A program made the position numbers and the translations under genes. Positions 53,110 to 63,721 of a stretch of DNA of 64,000 bases are shown here, piece after piece. Position 1 is the stretch's first letter; every line of letters begins with the position of its first letter. The DNA is from Gammaproteobacteria bacterium (GTDB taxonomy: Bacteria; Pseudomonadota; Gammaproteobacteria; Steroidobacterales; Rariloculaceae), in assembly GCA_963664945.1 (NCBI GenBank), contig OY761822.1, forward strand, positions 3,847,162 to 3,911,161. Reading direction: 5' to 3'. The notes under the pieces were generated by a model that made no database searches, was not told where the DNA came from, and saw only the letters and a list, made by a program, of their open reading frames with translations.

Positions 53110-55196
53110 CAGGGCTATTTCACGCTAGCCGGAAGTCGGTGATTTGAGGGGTTGGTCTCGGGGGTCTGGCTTTTCGGCGTTGTTTGGTGTACAACGCGCT
53201 GCATGTCGGCGGAATTCGACAAGGCGGCGGTGGTGGTCGGGGAGGTTGAGGTGCGTCCGGTCCGCGCGGAGGAGCGGCGGCGCTGGGATGCGCTGATGGA
53301 GGAGCACCACTACTTGGGTTTTCGGCAGTTCGCGGGGCGTGGTCTGCGCCATGTTGCGGAGTGGCGCGGGCACTGGCTGGCGCTTTTGGGCTGGCAGTCG
53401 GGGGCGTTCAAGTGCGCGCCGCGGGACCGCTGGCTGGGCTGGCACCGGTCGGTGCAGTTCCGGCGCCTGCACCTGATCGGGAACAACACGCGGTTTTTGG
53501 TGCTGCCGGCGGCGTCGGGGGTGCCCAACCTGGCGTCGCGGGCGCTGTCGCGGAGCGTGCGGCGGCTGAGCGGTGACTGGGCGGCGCTGCACGGGCATCC
53601 GCTGGAGTTGGCCGAGACGTTCGTGGACCCGGCGCGGTTTCGGGGCACGTGCTACGACGCGTCGAACTGGACGCGGGTGGGCCGCACGAAGGGCTTCGCG
53701 CGCCACAACGGCTCGTACACGGACCCGCACCGGGCGCCGAAGGAGATGTACGTGCGGGTGTTGCGTCGGGATGCGCGGCGGCGGCTCGCGGACCCGGCGG
53801 ACCGCCCGGAGTGGTCGTGTCGGGCGGTGCCGGTGCGCTACACGCGCGCGGAGTTGCGTTCGCTGCGCGACCTGTTCGCGGAGGTGCCGGACGCGCGCCG
53901 CGGGCAGGGCCGCAAGCACCGCCTCGCGACGGTGCTGGCGATCTGCGCGCTGGCGCGGCTCGCCGGGCAGCACGGCCCGGCGGCGACTGAGCGCTTCGCG
54001 AGGAACCTGGAGCAGAAGGAACTGCGCGCGCTGCACGCTTGGCGCGACCCGGCGGCGGGGCGCTGGGTCGCGCCGTCGGACTCGACCGTCTGCCGGGTGC
54101 TGATGAACACCGACCCGGACGCGTTGCAGGAGGTGCTGTCGCGGTGGGCGGCGCCGCGCCTCGCGGCGGCGGACGACCCTCAGGTGCTGGCCGCCGACGG
54201 CAAGCGCATCCGCGGCGCCAACCGGCACACCGACGACGCGACGTACTTCGAGACGGTGACGCTGGTTACCCACGCCGGGCGCCCCGTCGCGAGCCGCTGC
54301 TGCCGCGACGACGGCGGCGAGATCGCGGCCCTGTGTGCGCTGCTCGAGGATGTCGACCTGCGCGGCTGCGTACTCACCCTGGACGCCCTGCACGCCACCC
54401 GCGACACCGCACGGACCATCGTCGAGACGCACGGCGCGGACTACGTGCTGTCGGTCAAGGCGAACTGCCCCGACACCTTCGCCCAACTCACGGCGATCGA
54501 CTGGGACGGCAACGACGTGCGCCACCACGCCGACGAACCCGCGAAGGCGCACGGGCGCATCGAGGCGCGCCGCATCGCCGCGCGCGACCTGCCGCCGAAG
54601 ACGCTCGGACCCTTCCCCGGCGCCCGCCAGGCGTTCCGCGTCGTGCGCGAGCGCACCGACGCCAAGACCGGTGCAACCTCGGCCGAGACCGCCTACGGCA
54701 TCACCACGGTGCCCGCCGAACGCGCCGCTCCGGCGCGGCTGCTGGCCTGGAACCGCGGCCATTGGCAGGTCGAGAACGCCAACCACTACCGCCGCGACGC
54801 CACCATGGGCGAGGACGCCAGCCGCGTCCGCAAGGGCCACGCACCCGCCAACAACGCCATCTTGAACAACATCGCGCTCGCCGTCGTGTTCCACCGCGGC
54901 TTCCGCTACCTGCCCGAGGCGAACCTCCACTTCATGATGCGCCGCGCAGACGCGCTCGACGCCATCCTGTCCCCGCACTGAGACACCCGGCCCCGCCGCC
55001 GCAAACCGCGCCCCCCCGCAAACGTCGCCGGCGACCCCTCTCCGCGCCGCGTTCCCGGACCCGCTTCCCCACCCACCCGGTGACGAATACGCCGCGCTCC
55101 ATACACCAGCCCGGAACCCTCCGCACGCCTTGGCCCCCAAGCGGCCCGCGGAACGTCGCTTAGCCCGGCGTCGATCCGTAGCGTGAAATCACCCTG
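53110..55196 (+). mobile_element. ISAs1-family insertion sequence (2087 bp) with 9-bp target-site duplication
   Basis: Inverted repeats CAGGGCTATTTCACGCTA (53110-53127) and TAGCGTGAAATCACCCTG (55179-55196), 16/18 matching. Flanked by ACCGATTCG at 53101-53109 and 55197-55205. Visibly higher GC than the surroundings. Confidence 0.85.
53203..54981 (+). CDS. ISAs1-family DDE transposase fused to an N-terminal DUF4338 (DruA-like) domain
   Basis: N-terminus: HHYLGFRQFAGRGLRHVAEW...NNTRFLVLP...ETFVDPARFRGTCYDASNW. Middle: LFAEVPDARRGQGRKHRLATVL (DDE_Tnp_1-associated). C-terminus: VLTLDALHAT...NRGHWQVENANHYRRD. An alternative start is 53152. Confidence 0.85.
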   Translation: MSAEFDKAAVVVGEVEVRPVRAEERRRWDALMEEHHYLGFRQFAGRGLRHVAEWRGHWLALLGWQSGAFKCAPRDRWLGWHRSVQFRRLHLIGNNTRFLVLPAASGVPNLASRALSRSVRRLSGDWAALHGHPLELAETFVDPARFRGTCYDASNWTRVGRTKGFARHNGSYTDPHRAPKEMYVRVLRRDARRRLADPADRPEWSCRAVPVRYTRAELRSLRDLFAEVPDARRGQGRKHRLATVLAICALARLAGQHGPAATERFARNLEQKELRALHAWRDPAAGRWVAPSDSTVCRVLMNTDPDALQEVLSRWAAPRLAAADDPQVLAADGKRIRGANRHTDDATYFETVTLVTHAGRPVASRCCRDDGGEIAALCALLEDVDLRGCVLTLDALHATRDTARTIVETHGADYVLSVKANCPDTFAQLTAIDWDGNDVRHHADEPAKAHGRIEARRIAARDLPPKTLGPFPGARQAFRVVRERTDAKTGATSAETAYGITTVPAERAAPARLLAWNRGHWQVENANHYRRDATMGEDASRVRKGHAPANNAILNNIALAVVFHRGFRYLPEANLHFMMRRADALDAILSPH

Positions 55197-55201
55197 ACCG
55201 A

Positions 55202-56356
55202 TTCGCGTCCCTGCTACCCGTCCTGGCCGTCGCCGGTTGCGCACCGGCGATCGACCGGGTCGATCGATTTTGCGAGAGCGGCTATTTCCTGGTCGACGCC
55301 GAGTTCGAAGCGGGAAAATTCGACGACTGCCAGGTCACGGCGGACGGGGCGTTTACGCTGACCATACGTCCCGAAGACCAACCGCCCATCAACAACAGTC
55401 CATGGTACGCATTTCGAGTCAGGCCGAAGCGGGCCGGCGAATTGACCTTGAACGTGCGGTTTGTCGACGGGGACGCGCGCTATTGGCCCAAGATCAGTAC
55501 CGATGGGCTTCGCTGGCGGCGGATGGATCCCGGCGGCGTGACCTGGTCCGAAACACGCGACAGTTTCGAACTGAAGCTTGAAGTTGGTGAATCGACGCTG
55601 TGGGTGGCCGGGCAGGAACTGCTGGCGACAACCTGGTACGACGCCTGGATTCGCGAGTTGGCGGAGCGCGATGACATCGCCACCCGCCTCCTGGGGCGTA
55701 GCGTCGACGGTCGGCCGATTCACGTGGCCGCGACGGCTGACCGCCCGGAAGTGGTGTTGCTGCTCGGCCGGCAACATCCCCCGGAGGTGACCGGCGCGCT
55801 GGCCATGCGCGCTTTCGTGGATACGGTTCTCGGTGACTCGCCGCTCGCACGGAAATTTCGGGACAGGTTCGCGATCATCCTCATTCCCCTTGTAAATCCG
55901 GACGGCGTGGCGGAAGGCCACTGGCGGCACAATGCGAACGGCGTGGACCTCAATCGCGACTGGGGGCCATTTACGCAGCCGGAAACCCAAAGCTTCCTGC
56001 CGCTGCTGGCGGCTCTGGACGAGTTGGACACGCGGATACGCCTGATGCTCGATTTTCACTCGACCCGATCCAACCTGTTCTATACGCAGCCGGTCGAGGG
56101 GTCCGAATTGGCCGGTAAGTTCGCATCGGTTTGGCTGGGGCGAGCGAGGCGGCGCCTGCCGGACTATGAGTTCCGGCACGACGCCGGGCCTGCATCGGAG
56201 CAGGCCAACTCCAAGAACTACTTCTTCCGGAGGTACGGGATACCGGCTATCACGTACGAATCGGGCGACGAGACCGAACGGGACGACCTGCGCGGGTCCG
56301 CGGCCGTGTTCGCAGAGGAAATGATGCGCCTGCTGCTGGAAACTCCGCCTTACTGA
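55202..56356 (+). pseudogene. M14-family zinc carboxypeptidase (lipoprotein) whose start and signal-peptide n-region were cut off by the ISAs1 insertion
   Basis: Zinc ligands and motifs QHPPE (HxxE), NPDG, NANGVDLNRDW, DFHS. The frame is open from the IS junction and reads FASLLPVLAVAGC (lipobox) immediately after the target duplication. The tracked ORF begins only at TTG 55442. Confidence 0.7.
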
Positions 56357-58059
56357 ACAGCGACCGGGTCGGCTACGGAGACCGTCGAGGCCGCACCCGA
56401 TCTCAGGACCCGCCCGGGCCGCTCCCCGGTCATCCGCCCATCGAGCAGGACAACCTGTCCCGCCACAAGGACATGATGAACGCCGTCGGCGTAGCGATGT
56501 GGATCCGCAAACGTCGCCCGATCGACAACCGCGTCCGCATCGAAGGCGACGATATCCGCAACGGCGCCCACCGAGAGCCGCCCCCGATCGGCCAACCCGA
56601 TACGGTCGGCCGGAAGCCGGGCCATCTTGTGGATGGCGGTGTGCAGCGGCAACACCCCCCGCTCCCTGACGTATTCCGCCAGGACCCGCGCAAAAGCACC
56701 GTAGTTTCGCGGATGAGGCAGGCCCTCCCCCGGCGCCATGATGCCGCCGTCGGCGGCCACCATCGTGCGAGGATGCCGCATGATGCGTTCTATATCGCCT
56801 TCCGACATGGCATGGTAGATGACGCTGCAGCCGCCGGCATATTGGAGCTCGATGACCAGCTCAGCAGCCTCGGTCACCGTGACGGGCCGGGAGCGCCGCT
56901 CCAGGACCTGGGCCAGGCTGAGGCCGTTCAGGTCAGGGTCCCAGGAGCACTCCGCCAGCACCGTGTCGGAGGGGGGATCGTCGCCGCCGCGTTCGTTCAC
57001 GAGCAACTCCACGATCGCTTCGCGCAATCGCGCGCGCTCGCCCGGATCCTCCATTCGGGCGCGCCGCGCCGCCGCATCCCCGTCGAGGCTCCACCGGGGG
57101 AACACCGCCAGGAGGCTGGTCGAGGACGCCGTATAGGGGTATTGATCCATGGAGACATCGACCCCCCGCGCGACGGCGGCATCCACCAGGGCAAGCGTCT
57201 CCACCGATCGACCCCGCATGGCGTTGCCCATGACTTTATGGTGCGTGATCTGCGCCGGCAGGCCGCCCTCCTCACCGATGCGAATGGTCTCCGCGATGGC
57301 CTCCATCACGCCGCGCGCTTCGTTGCGCATATGGCTGATGTAGATGCCGTCGTACTCCGCCGCGACCCTTGCCAGTTCGATGATTTCCTCGGTGCTCGCA
57401 AAACTTCCCGGCGGATAGATGAGCCCGCTGGAAAGGCCAAACGCGCCGGCACGCATCGCGGCGGCGACTTCGCCGCGCATCGCCTCGATTTCCTGCGCCG
57501 TTGCCGGGCGATCCTCGTTCCCGACGACCCTCGCCCTGATCGACCCCTGACCGACGAAAGTGCCGAAGTTGACCGACGCCGGCGCCGCTTCGAGTGCCGC
57601 CAGATCGTCGGCTATCGGCAGCGGGGACGTCCCGTCAGGACCGCCGATGATGCTCGTGACGCCCTGGCGGATGAGGTTCTCGGCATCCGGCCAAAGGTAG
57701 ACGCCGCTTCGCTCGGGGTCGGTACGAATCGCATGGCTGTGGATATCGACGAAGCCCGGCGCGACCGCCAGGCCGGTCACGTCCAGGCGCAGTTCCGCCG
57801 GGACATCCCCGAGGTCGCCGATCACGGCGATGCGGTCCTCGCGCACGCCCAGGTCGGCGCGGACCGGCGGCTGATCCTCACCGCTGTAGAGCATGCCGCC
57901 CTCAAGGACGACGGATAAGGGTTTTACGGCCTCCTGCGTGATCGACTGGCTGTCAGCCGGCGGCTCGGGCGCGCAGCCCCAGGCGAGCAACGCGCCAACC
58001 AACGGCGCCCAGCGCGCGCCTGCAATCCGTAGAAGTAATCGTGGCATCGAACGGATCAA
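56350..58059 (-). CDS. N-acyl-D-amino-acid deacylase (D-aminoacylase) family amidohydrolase, predicted lipoprotein
   Basis: 569 aa. LLAWGC lipobox, GFVDIHSHA metal-binding motif, and family-typical length. Confidence 0.8.
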   Translation of the reverse strand: MIRSMPRLLLRIAGARWAPLVGALLAWGCAPEPPADSQSITQEAVKPLSVVLEGGMLYSGEDQPPVRADLGVREDRIAVIGDLGDVPAELRLDVTGLAVAPGFVDIHSHAIRTDPERSGVYLWPDAENLIRQGVTSIIGGPDGTSPLPIADDLAALEAAPASVNFGTFVGQGSIRARVVGNEDRPATAQEIEAMRGEVAAAMRAGAFGLSSGLIYPPGSFASTEEIIELARVAAEYDGIYISHMRNEARGVMEAIAETIRIGEEGGLPAQITHHKVMGNAMRGRSVETLALVDAAVARGVDVSMDQYPYTASSTSLLAVFPRWSLDGDAAARRARMEDPGERARLREAIVELLVNERGGDDPPSDTVLAECSWDPDLNGLSLAQVLERRSRPVTVTEAAELVIELQYAGGCSVIYHAMSEGDIERIMRHPRTMVAADGGIMAPGEGLPHPRNYGAFARVLAEYVRERGVLPLHTAIHKMARLPADRIGLADRGRLSVGAVADIVAFDADAVVDRATFADPHRYADGVHHVLVAGQVVLLDGRMTGERPGRVLRSGAASTVSVADPVAVQ

Positions 58060-61037
58060 TACCTGAATCTCGCATCCAGGTAATAGTACCGGCCCAGATC
58101 CCTGTGCATATCCGCGAAGTAGCCGAAAAAGCGGTCCGCCAGCGGCGCCCGCTCGTCCGCCACGTTATTGATCCCCAGCCGAACCCGTGCGTCGCGCCAT
58201 TGCGGCAAGTCGAACGTGCGCCCGACCACGGCATTGAAGGTCATCACCGAAGGAACCACGTAAACCGTACCGTCGTCCAGCGTCAGGGAATCCTGGATGA
58301 AGTCGCCGACGTGAAGGCCGGTGATCCACCCATGCCAAGAGTCCCTATTCCAACCCACTCGAAAGTTCTGCTTTTGCTCGGGGTTGCCGTCGATCCTGAT
58401 CAGGTCGGAGAACCCGGTCACCGGTATTCCAGCGGGCAGCAGTCCCGAATCCTTTGCATCAAGAAGCAAGGCCGCATCGCCGCCCGCTGTTTGCTCGTAT
58501 TTGTCGAGGAATGACGCGACATAGCGAAAATCGAAGTCCCCGACAGGGGTATCCACGGAGTAATAGATGCCAATGTCGTGACCCTCCACCGTCCTGGTAT
58601 CCAGGTTGGCGTAGCGATCGTCGATGAACTTGATCAGGCCGGCGGGACAGATTCCGGCCGCGGTGTAGATAGCCGCTTCGTCTTCGGCAACTTCCGCTTC
58701 CCTTGCGACGGCCGGGTTGGCCTGTAGCGTCGAACAGTCGCCCGTGCCCTGCTCGAGTCGCCGCACCAGGTCGAGAATCGTGTGGTTCTCTTCTCCGAAG
58801 AGCCCGATCGTGTCGTATTTCTCGATGGACCAGTAATCCAGCGTGAACGTCAGGTTCTCCACCGGTTCGATGACGATTCCGAACGAGGTGTTGGTCGATT
58901 CTTCGGGTCGGAGGTTCTTGCTGCCCTGAGCGATTCGCTGCGTGGAGTTGCGGCAGTCCAGGGTGTCCTGATCGGGGTCGCCGCCGTTCTCGGCCGCAAA
59001 GAGGCACGTGTAGTCCGTCCGGGTGTTCTGCCTCGCGACGATATCCTCGTTGATGGTGACGAGGTTCGGGGCCCGGAAGGCCTCGGACCAGGAACCGCGA
59101 AAGAGGACCTGGTTGGTCGCGTACCAGCCAAGCGCGAGTTTTCCGACCGTCGTGTCGCCCACGTCGGAAAAGTCCTCGTACCGGACGGCGAGTTGTGCGT
59201 CCAGGCGATCGAGTAGCGGCAACTGCATCTCCGCGAACAAGGACGTCACATCGCGTTCGCCCCGGTTGTCGGGAGTCGGACTGGAGTTGACCACGTCGGA
59301 GACGAAGGGAAAGGTGTCGCCCTGAAAGTCGGTGAAGACGATGGTTCCGTCGAGCCGCGGGTCCCTGTCGTCCACGAAGGTCTCCTGGCGTAACTCGACT
59401 CCCACGAGCGCCCCCGCCGGGCCGGACGGCAATTCAAAGAGTCCGGCATTGGAAAACTTTGCATCAACCATGGTCAAGCTTGTTTCGCCATTCCGGTACA
59501 CGTCCACCAGCGCCCGTTCGATATTGCTGTCGACGCCGCCGCTGAACGGGTTATACGCCGCCGGCGTCGGGTCTTCCAGAGCCTCCTGGATCAGCAGGTT
59601 GGAAATACGATTGTGAGTCACGTCCTCCCTGGTCGCGGCGGACCGGGTGAAGGCGGCCTCCCAATTCCAAGCGCCGAGATCTCCGCGAAGACCTTGCAGG
59701 AATCGATAGGAATCCCCCTTGTTGTCAACGATCCGCGGCACTTGCGCGAACCGGTAGTTGTCGATTTCAAGTTCCAGCCCCTCAGCAGGAACGCGGGTCC
59801 CGATCACGCTGTCGGGGAGCCTGTTCGGTGAACCGACGGGTCCGAACGGGTTGTAGTAGTTTTCCGCCCCGACCCTTAGTTTCACGGCGCTGAAGGGCGC
59901 GGAGGCGTGGCGCAGGAGATTGGTGTCGGACGCGTAGTACGACAACTCCGTGAAGCTTTCCATGCCACTGTCGAAGACATGATTCAGATAGACGAAAACG
60001 CTGGTTCGGTCGAGTTTCGAACTCAGGTCCCTGGTCTCGTTCAGGTTGTGCCGGTAGGTCCCCTGGCCATCGGGCGCGCCACAGGTCCCGTAGCCGAGAT
60101 CCCACTCGCAGCGAGGATCGCCGGCGGGATAGGTTTCAAACTCACCCGAACGATCGGTGATCGAACCGCTCAAACCGAACCCGGAGACGCTTCTGACGCT
60201 ATCGTATTGACCATAGAGCGAATTGGCGCTGGAGTTTCGGAAGTCGGTCTCATCCGCCCACGGAGACCCCTCCGGCAGACGGCGCCTGAAGTCGCTGTCG
60301 GCCCACCTGGGATCCTCGTGCGCGCTCACCCGATCGCGTCGATAGTGGTCGAAGAACACGCCGATGTTGGTGTTGCCGTCGTTGAAGAACCGGCCCCACT
60401 CGCCGTTGATCGTCTGGGTATTCCGCCCGACGTTGTCGTAGGCTGAACCCCTGACACGCATGCTGAAACCGTCGAAGTCCGTCTTCAGAACCGTGTTGAC
60501 GACACCGGCCACGGCATCGGCGCCATAAATCGCCGATGCCCCCTCGCGCAGCACCTCCACCCGCTGTGTGCCGTAAACCGGGATCGTGTTCGAATTCACG
60601 GTATTGACGGGCACGAAACTGCCGCCGACTTCCTCGGTCTGAAATCCCGGCGCGTTGATCATTCTTCGGCCGTTGAGCAGGACCAGCGTGTTGCCTGTGC
60701 CCAGGTTGCGGAGATTGAATGCGCCGATGTCGCCGCGGGCCGAATTCACACCGCCGCTGATATTCTCGGCTTCGTTGAAGAAGTTGGCGCCGTTTTCGGC
60801 GATGAAGTCCAGGAGTTCGTCGCCCGAGTCGATGCCCAGCGCCTCGATATCCTCGACATCCATGACCGAAACCGGAAGCGCGTCGGAAATACTCGCGCCG
60901 ACGATCTGGGAACCGGTGACGACGATTTCCTCCAGTTCATCGTCCGCGGCGGCTTCCTGCTGCGCGACGGCACTGCCCGCCACCGCGAACACCGCCGCTG
61001 AGAGTCCCAGCAGTTGAAATGGATTCTGCAAATTCAT
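58056..61037 (-). CDS. TonB-dependent outer-membrane receptor
   Basis: 993 aa. Signal peptide, plug (EEIVVTGS... TonB-box region, RVEVLREGASAIYGADAVAGVVN), and a C-terminal aromatic residue (...DARFRY). Overlaps the downstream deacylase start by 4 nt. Confidence 0.9.
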   Translation of the reverse strand: MNLQNPFQLLGLSAAVFAVAGSAVAQQEAAADDELEEIVVTGSQIVGASISDALPVSVMDVEDIEALGIDSGDELLDFIAENGANFFNEAENISGGVNSARGDIGAFNLRNLGTGNTLVLLNGRRMINAPGFQTEEVGGSFVPVNTVNSNTIPVYGTQRVEVLREGASAIYGADAVAGVVNTVLKTDFDGFSMRVRGSAYDNVGRNTQTINGEWGRFFNDGNTNIGVFFDHYRRDRVSAHEDPRWADSDFRRRLPEGSPWADETDFRNSSANSLYGQYDSVRSVSGFGLSGSITDRSGEFETYPAGDPRCEWDLGYGTCGAPDGQGTYRHNLNETRDLSSKLDRTSVFVYLNHVFDSGMESFTELSYYASDTNLLRHASAPFSAVKLRVGAENYYNPFGPVGSPNRLPDSVIGTRVPAEGLELEIDNYRFAQVPRIVDNKGDSYRFLQGLRGDLGAWNWEAAFTRSAATREDVTHNRISNLLIQEALEDPTPAAYNPFSGGVDSNIERALVDVYRNGETSLTMVDAKFSNAGLFELPSGPAGALVGVELRQETFVDDRDPRLDGTIVFTDFQGDTFPFVSDVVNSSPTPDNRGERDVTSLFAEMQLPLLDRLDAQLAVRYEDFSDVGDTTVGKLALGWYATNQVLFRGSWSEAFRAPNLVTINEDIVARQNTRTDYTCLFAAENGGDPDQDTLDCRNSTQRIAQGSKNLRPEESTNTSFGIVIEPVENLTFTLDYWSIEKYDTIGLFGEENHTILDLVRRLEQGTGDCSTLQANPAVAREAEVAEDEAAIYTAAGICPAGLIKFIDDRYANLDTRTVEGHDIGIYYSVDTPVGDFDFRYVASFLDKYEQTAGGDAALLLDAKDSGLLPAGIPVTGFSDLIRIDGNPEQKQNFRVGWNRDSWHGWITGLHVGDFIQDSLTLDDGTVYVVPSVMTFNAVVGRTFDLPQWRDARVRLGINNVADERAPLADRFFGYFADMHRDLGRYYYLDARFRY

Positions 61038-61090
61038 AACTCGTCCTTCTTGTTCCTGGTTGTGAAATGAGTGTCCGGGCTCGAGCCGGT

Positions 61091-61387
61091 TCAGAGCGCG
61101 CCACCATCCGGTAGCAAGGCACGAAACGCGGACTCGAGCGGCTCGCCGGCATCGTCGAGCTGCGCACGGGCGTTGTCCAGCCAGGCTTCGCTCGCCCCAA
61201 CGGAGCTCGCATGCGCTTCCAGCATCCGCGCCACTTCATCCGGCTGCGGACCGCCCAGACCGCGGCGGTTGCGCACCATCGCCTCCGGGTCCATGGCGTT
61301 CATGAGAAGTTCGACATCGATGGGCAGGTCGGCACCGACGCTCTCCCGGTAGATGCGCCTGAACAATTGACGTCGGGACACCGGCAA
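61091..61387 (-). CDS. Hypothetical protein (98 aa)
   Basis: ORF with GC3 bias downstream of the molybdoenzyme genes. No recognisable motif. Confidence 0.35.
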   Translation of the reverse strand: MPVSRRQLFRRIYRESVGADLPIDVELLMNAMDPEAMVRNRRGLGGPQPDEVARMLEAHASSVGASEAWLDNARAQLDDAGEPLESAFRALLPDGGAL

Positions 61388-61468
61388 TCTGCGCGCGGGA
61401 AAGGGAAGTCATGCCGTTCGGTCCCGTGCGTGCGCTCCGCAAGTTGTCTCGCAAGGCGTCCCGGACGC

Positions 61469-63721
61469 CTATGCCCGCAGCGCCGCGAGCACCCGTTGCG
61501 GCGTCAGCGGAATGTGACGCACACGTACGCCGGTGGCCGCAAACACGGCATTGGCCAACGCCGCCGCCGTCGACGACAGGCCGACCTCCCCGATGCCGGT
61601 GGGCGGATTGCCGGTAGAAATCGCCCGTACCTCGACGTTGGGCATCTCGTCCATCCGCATGACCGGGTGATCGTAGTAGTTGTTCTGCCGGACCTGCCCG
61701 CCTTCGATATCGATCTGCTCGCGCAACGCACTGCTGATTCCGAAGACGACGTTGCCTTCGAGTTGCGCCTCGGAATTTCCGGGCTGCAGCAGATAACCGG
61801 CGTCGGCGGCCAGCCAGAAGTTGTGTACGTCGATCACGCCATTGGTCTCATCCACGGAGATCTCGGCGATACCTCCCGCAAACGTGGAACCATAGCCCGC
61901 AAGCGCCAGTCCCAATGCCGTGCCTTCCCGGGGGCGCGACCAGTCCGCCATCCCGGCAACGGTTTCCAGCACCGTCAACGCCCGCGGGTTGTTGTGGCAA
62001 AGCTGCATGCGGTATTGGAGCGGGTCGATATTCCGGGCCGCCGCCAATTCGTCGACGAAGGATTCGGCGGCAAACTTCGTATAGCTGGTTGCCACGCCCC
62101 GCCATGCGCATACGCGGGAGCACCGCTCGGTGAGAATATGCTCGGCTGTGAAATTCGGTATGTCGTAGCGCGAACTCTCCGAGCCCAGCATGGCAATGAC
62201 ATCCCGGCCTCCCGACACCTCCCAGCGCGGGGGGTTCATGTACTCGAGGACTTTCGGAGCGGCCACGCGATGGTGCCAGCCCACCAGGTTGCCGTCGGCA
62301 TCGAAACCCGCCCGCAGGCACTGTGCCGCGGCATTCCGGAAGGCGCCGTCCTTGACGTCGTCTTCCCGGGTCCATATGACCTTGACCGGCTTTTCGACCG
62401 CCCTGGACACGAACAGCGCGTCCTCGACGTAGCGCTGATTGCGCAGCGTCCGCCGGCCGAATCCGCCGCCGATGTACATCGGATGCAGCGTGATCCTGTC
62501 GGGCGTGGTATCGAGGAATTCCGCTGCGCCGAGAATGGACAGGCTCTGGGTCTGCGTGCTGACCCATATCTCCGCCGCATTGCCGTCTTCGGTGACATGG
62601 GCGGTCGCGTTCATGGGCTCCATCTGGGCGTGATAGGCCGGATCGCTGCGATAGGTGGCTTCAACGATCTCCGCCGCCCCTTCCATCGCCGTGTCCAGAT
62701 CGCCCGCGGCCCGCCAGGCTGTGCCCGTCTGCTCGAGATCCTCCGCCTGCACCACGTAGGCGTCCATGTCCGACCCGGTGTTGGCCTCCCGAAAACGCGA
62801 GGACTCGCTCCAGGTGACGCTCAGCGCCTCCTTGCCCCACTTGCTCGCCTCGTAGGTATCGGCCACCACCGCGACGCCCCACGGCATGGGCACGATGTCG
62901 GTGACGCCGTCGACGGCTCGCGCCGCGGCGTCATCGATGGACACCGGTTCCTCGTCCTCCACGGGCACCCTCAGCACGGAGGCATACACCATGCCCGGCA
63001 CCTGCGCGTCGATTCCGAACTCGGCGCTGCCATCGGACTTGGCGAGCATGTCACGTCTGGGCATGTCGCGGCCGAGATAGCGATGGGAACCGAAGGGCTT
63101 GAGTTCCTCGTCGCTCACTTCCGGCAGCGTTTCCGGGAGTTCGGTGAAGGCGACAATCTCGCCGTAGCTCAAGCGGCGCCCCGACGACGGATGGACCACG
63201 ACGCTGGGCTCCGTATCCAACTCGTCAACCAGCACCTCCCAGTGCGCGGCAGCCGACTGCAGGAGCAGCTTGCGCGCCTGAGCGCCGGCGCGGCGCAACG
63301 GATCGAAATAGGCCTGGACAGTCAGGCTGCCCGCCGTATAAAGCATGTTCTGGAAAAACGGATTGCCGTAAGCCTCGTCGTGGAAGGACACGGTCTCCAC
63401 CGTCACCTTGTCCCAGTCGGCATCCAGTTCATCGGCAAGGATCAGCGGCAGCGCCGTTGACGAACCCTGCCCCATTTCTGTCGCCGGGTACTGCACCGTC
63501 ACCGTATCGTCGGCACCGAGGGTCACCCAGATATTGGGCGTAATCTCGGTCGACCCCGCTGCCGGCACCGCCGGCTGCTGCTCTGTTGTGCATGCACTGA
63601 TCAAGCCGGACGAGCCGATGACCAGGGTAAGTCCGCCGACGTCATGAAGGAATTCGCGTCGGTTTGGAGAAAACATGCCTGTCGTGTCCTGTTTCTTCAC
63701 CTCAGACCTCCTCCGCGGCAC
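61469..63721 (-). CDS. Molybdopterin-binding subunit of an aldehyde oxidase/xanthine dehydrogenase-family enzyme (IorB-like)
   Basis: 750 aa. Tat-like [17 protein letters not shown] near the N-terminus. Family segments: GGGFGRR and [16 protein letters not shown]. An alternative start is ATG 63676. Confidence 0.85.
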   Translation of the reverse strand: MPRRRSEVKKQDTTGMFSPNRREFLHDVGGLTLVIGSSGLISACTTEQQPAVPAAGSTEITPNIWVTLGADDTVTVQYPATEMGQGSSTALPLILADELDADWDKVTVETVSFHDEAYGNPFFQNMLYTAGSLTVQAYFDPLRRAGAQARKLLLQSAAAHWEVLVDELDTEPSVVVHPSSGRRLSYGEIVAFTELPETLPEVSDEELKPFGSHRYLGRDMPRRDMLAKSDGSAEFGIDAQVPGMVYASVLRVPVEDEEPVSIDDAAARAVDGVTDIVPMPWGVAVVADTYEASKWGKEALSVTWSESSRFREANTGSDMDAYVVQAEDLEQTGTAWRAAGDLDTAMEGAAEIVEATYRSDPAYHAQMEPMNATAHVTEDGNAAEIWVSTQTQSLSILGAAEFLDTTPDRITLHPMYIGGGFGRRTLRNQRYVEDALFVSRAVEKPVKVIWTREDDVKDGAFRNAAAQCLRAGFDADGNLVGWHHRVAAPKVLEYMNPPRWEVSGGRDVIAMLGSESSRYDIPNFTAEHILTERCSRVCAWRGVATSYTKFAAESFVDELAAARNIDPLQYRMQLCHNNPRALTVLETVAGMADWSRPREGTALGLALAGYGSTFAGGIAEISVDETNGVIDVHNFWLAADAGYLLQPGNSEAQLEGNVVFGISSALREQIDIEGGQVRQNNYYDHPVMRMDEMPNVEVRAISTGNPPTGIGEVGLSSTAAALANAVFAATGVRVRHIPLTPQRVLAALRA

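Noticed and set aside
53125-55140. 671-aa minus-strand ORF covering the whole ISAs1 element
   Set aside because: It is antisense to a transposase ORF with clear family motifs. Its translation is Arg/Pro/Ala/Gly-rich low complexity, typical of spurious antisense frames in very GC-rich DNA.
61091-61387. Twin-arginine signal in the 98-aa hypothetical protein (MPVSRRQLFRR)
   Set aside because: SRRQLF resembles the Tat motif, but no hydrophobic h-region follows it, so a Tat signal peptide is unlikely.
61211-63460. 749-aa plus-strand ORF
   Set aside because: It is antisense to the molybdopterin-subunit gene and has an Arg/Gly/His-rich composition with no motifs. The same reasoning applies to 14657-16087 (antisense of mtaD), 10301-12148 (antisense of serA/serC), 48878-50617 (antisense of infB), 5301-6569 (antisense of rpsA), 9475-10830, 13114-14556, 50896-52473 and 56473-57918.
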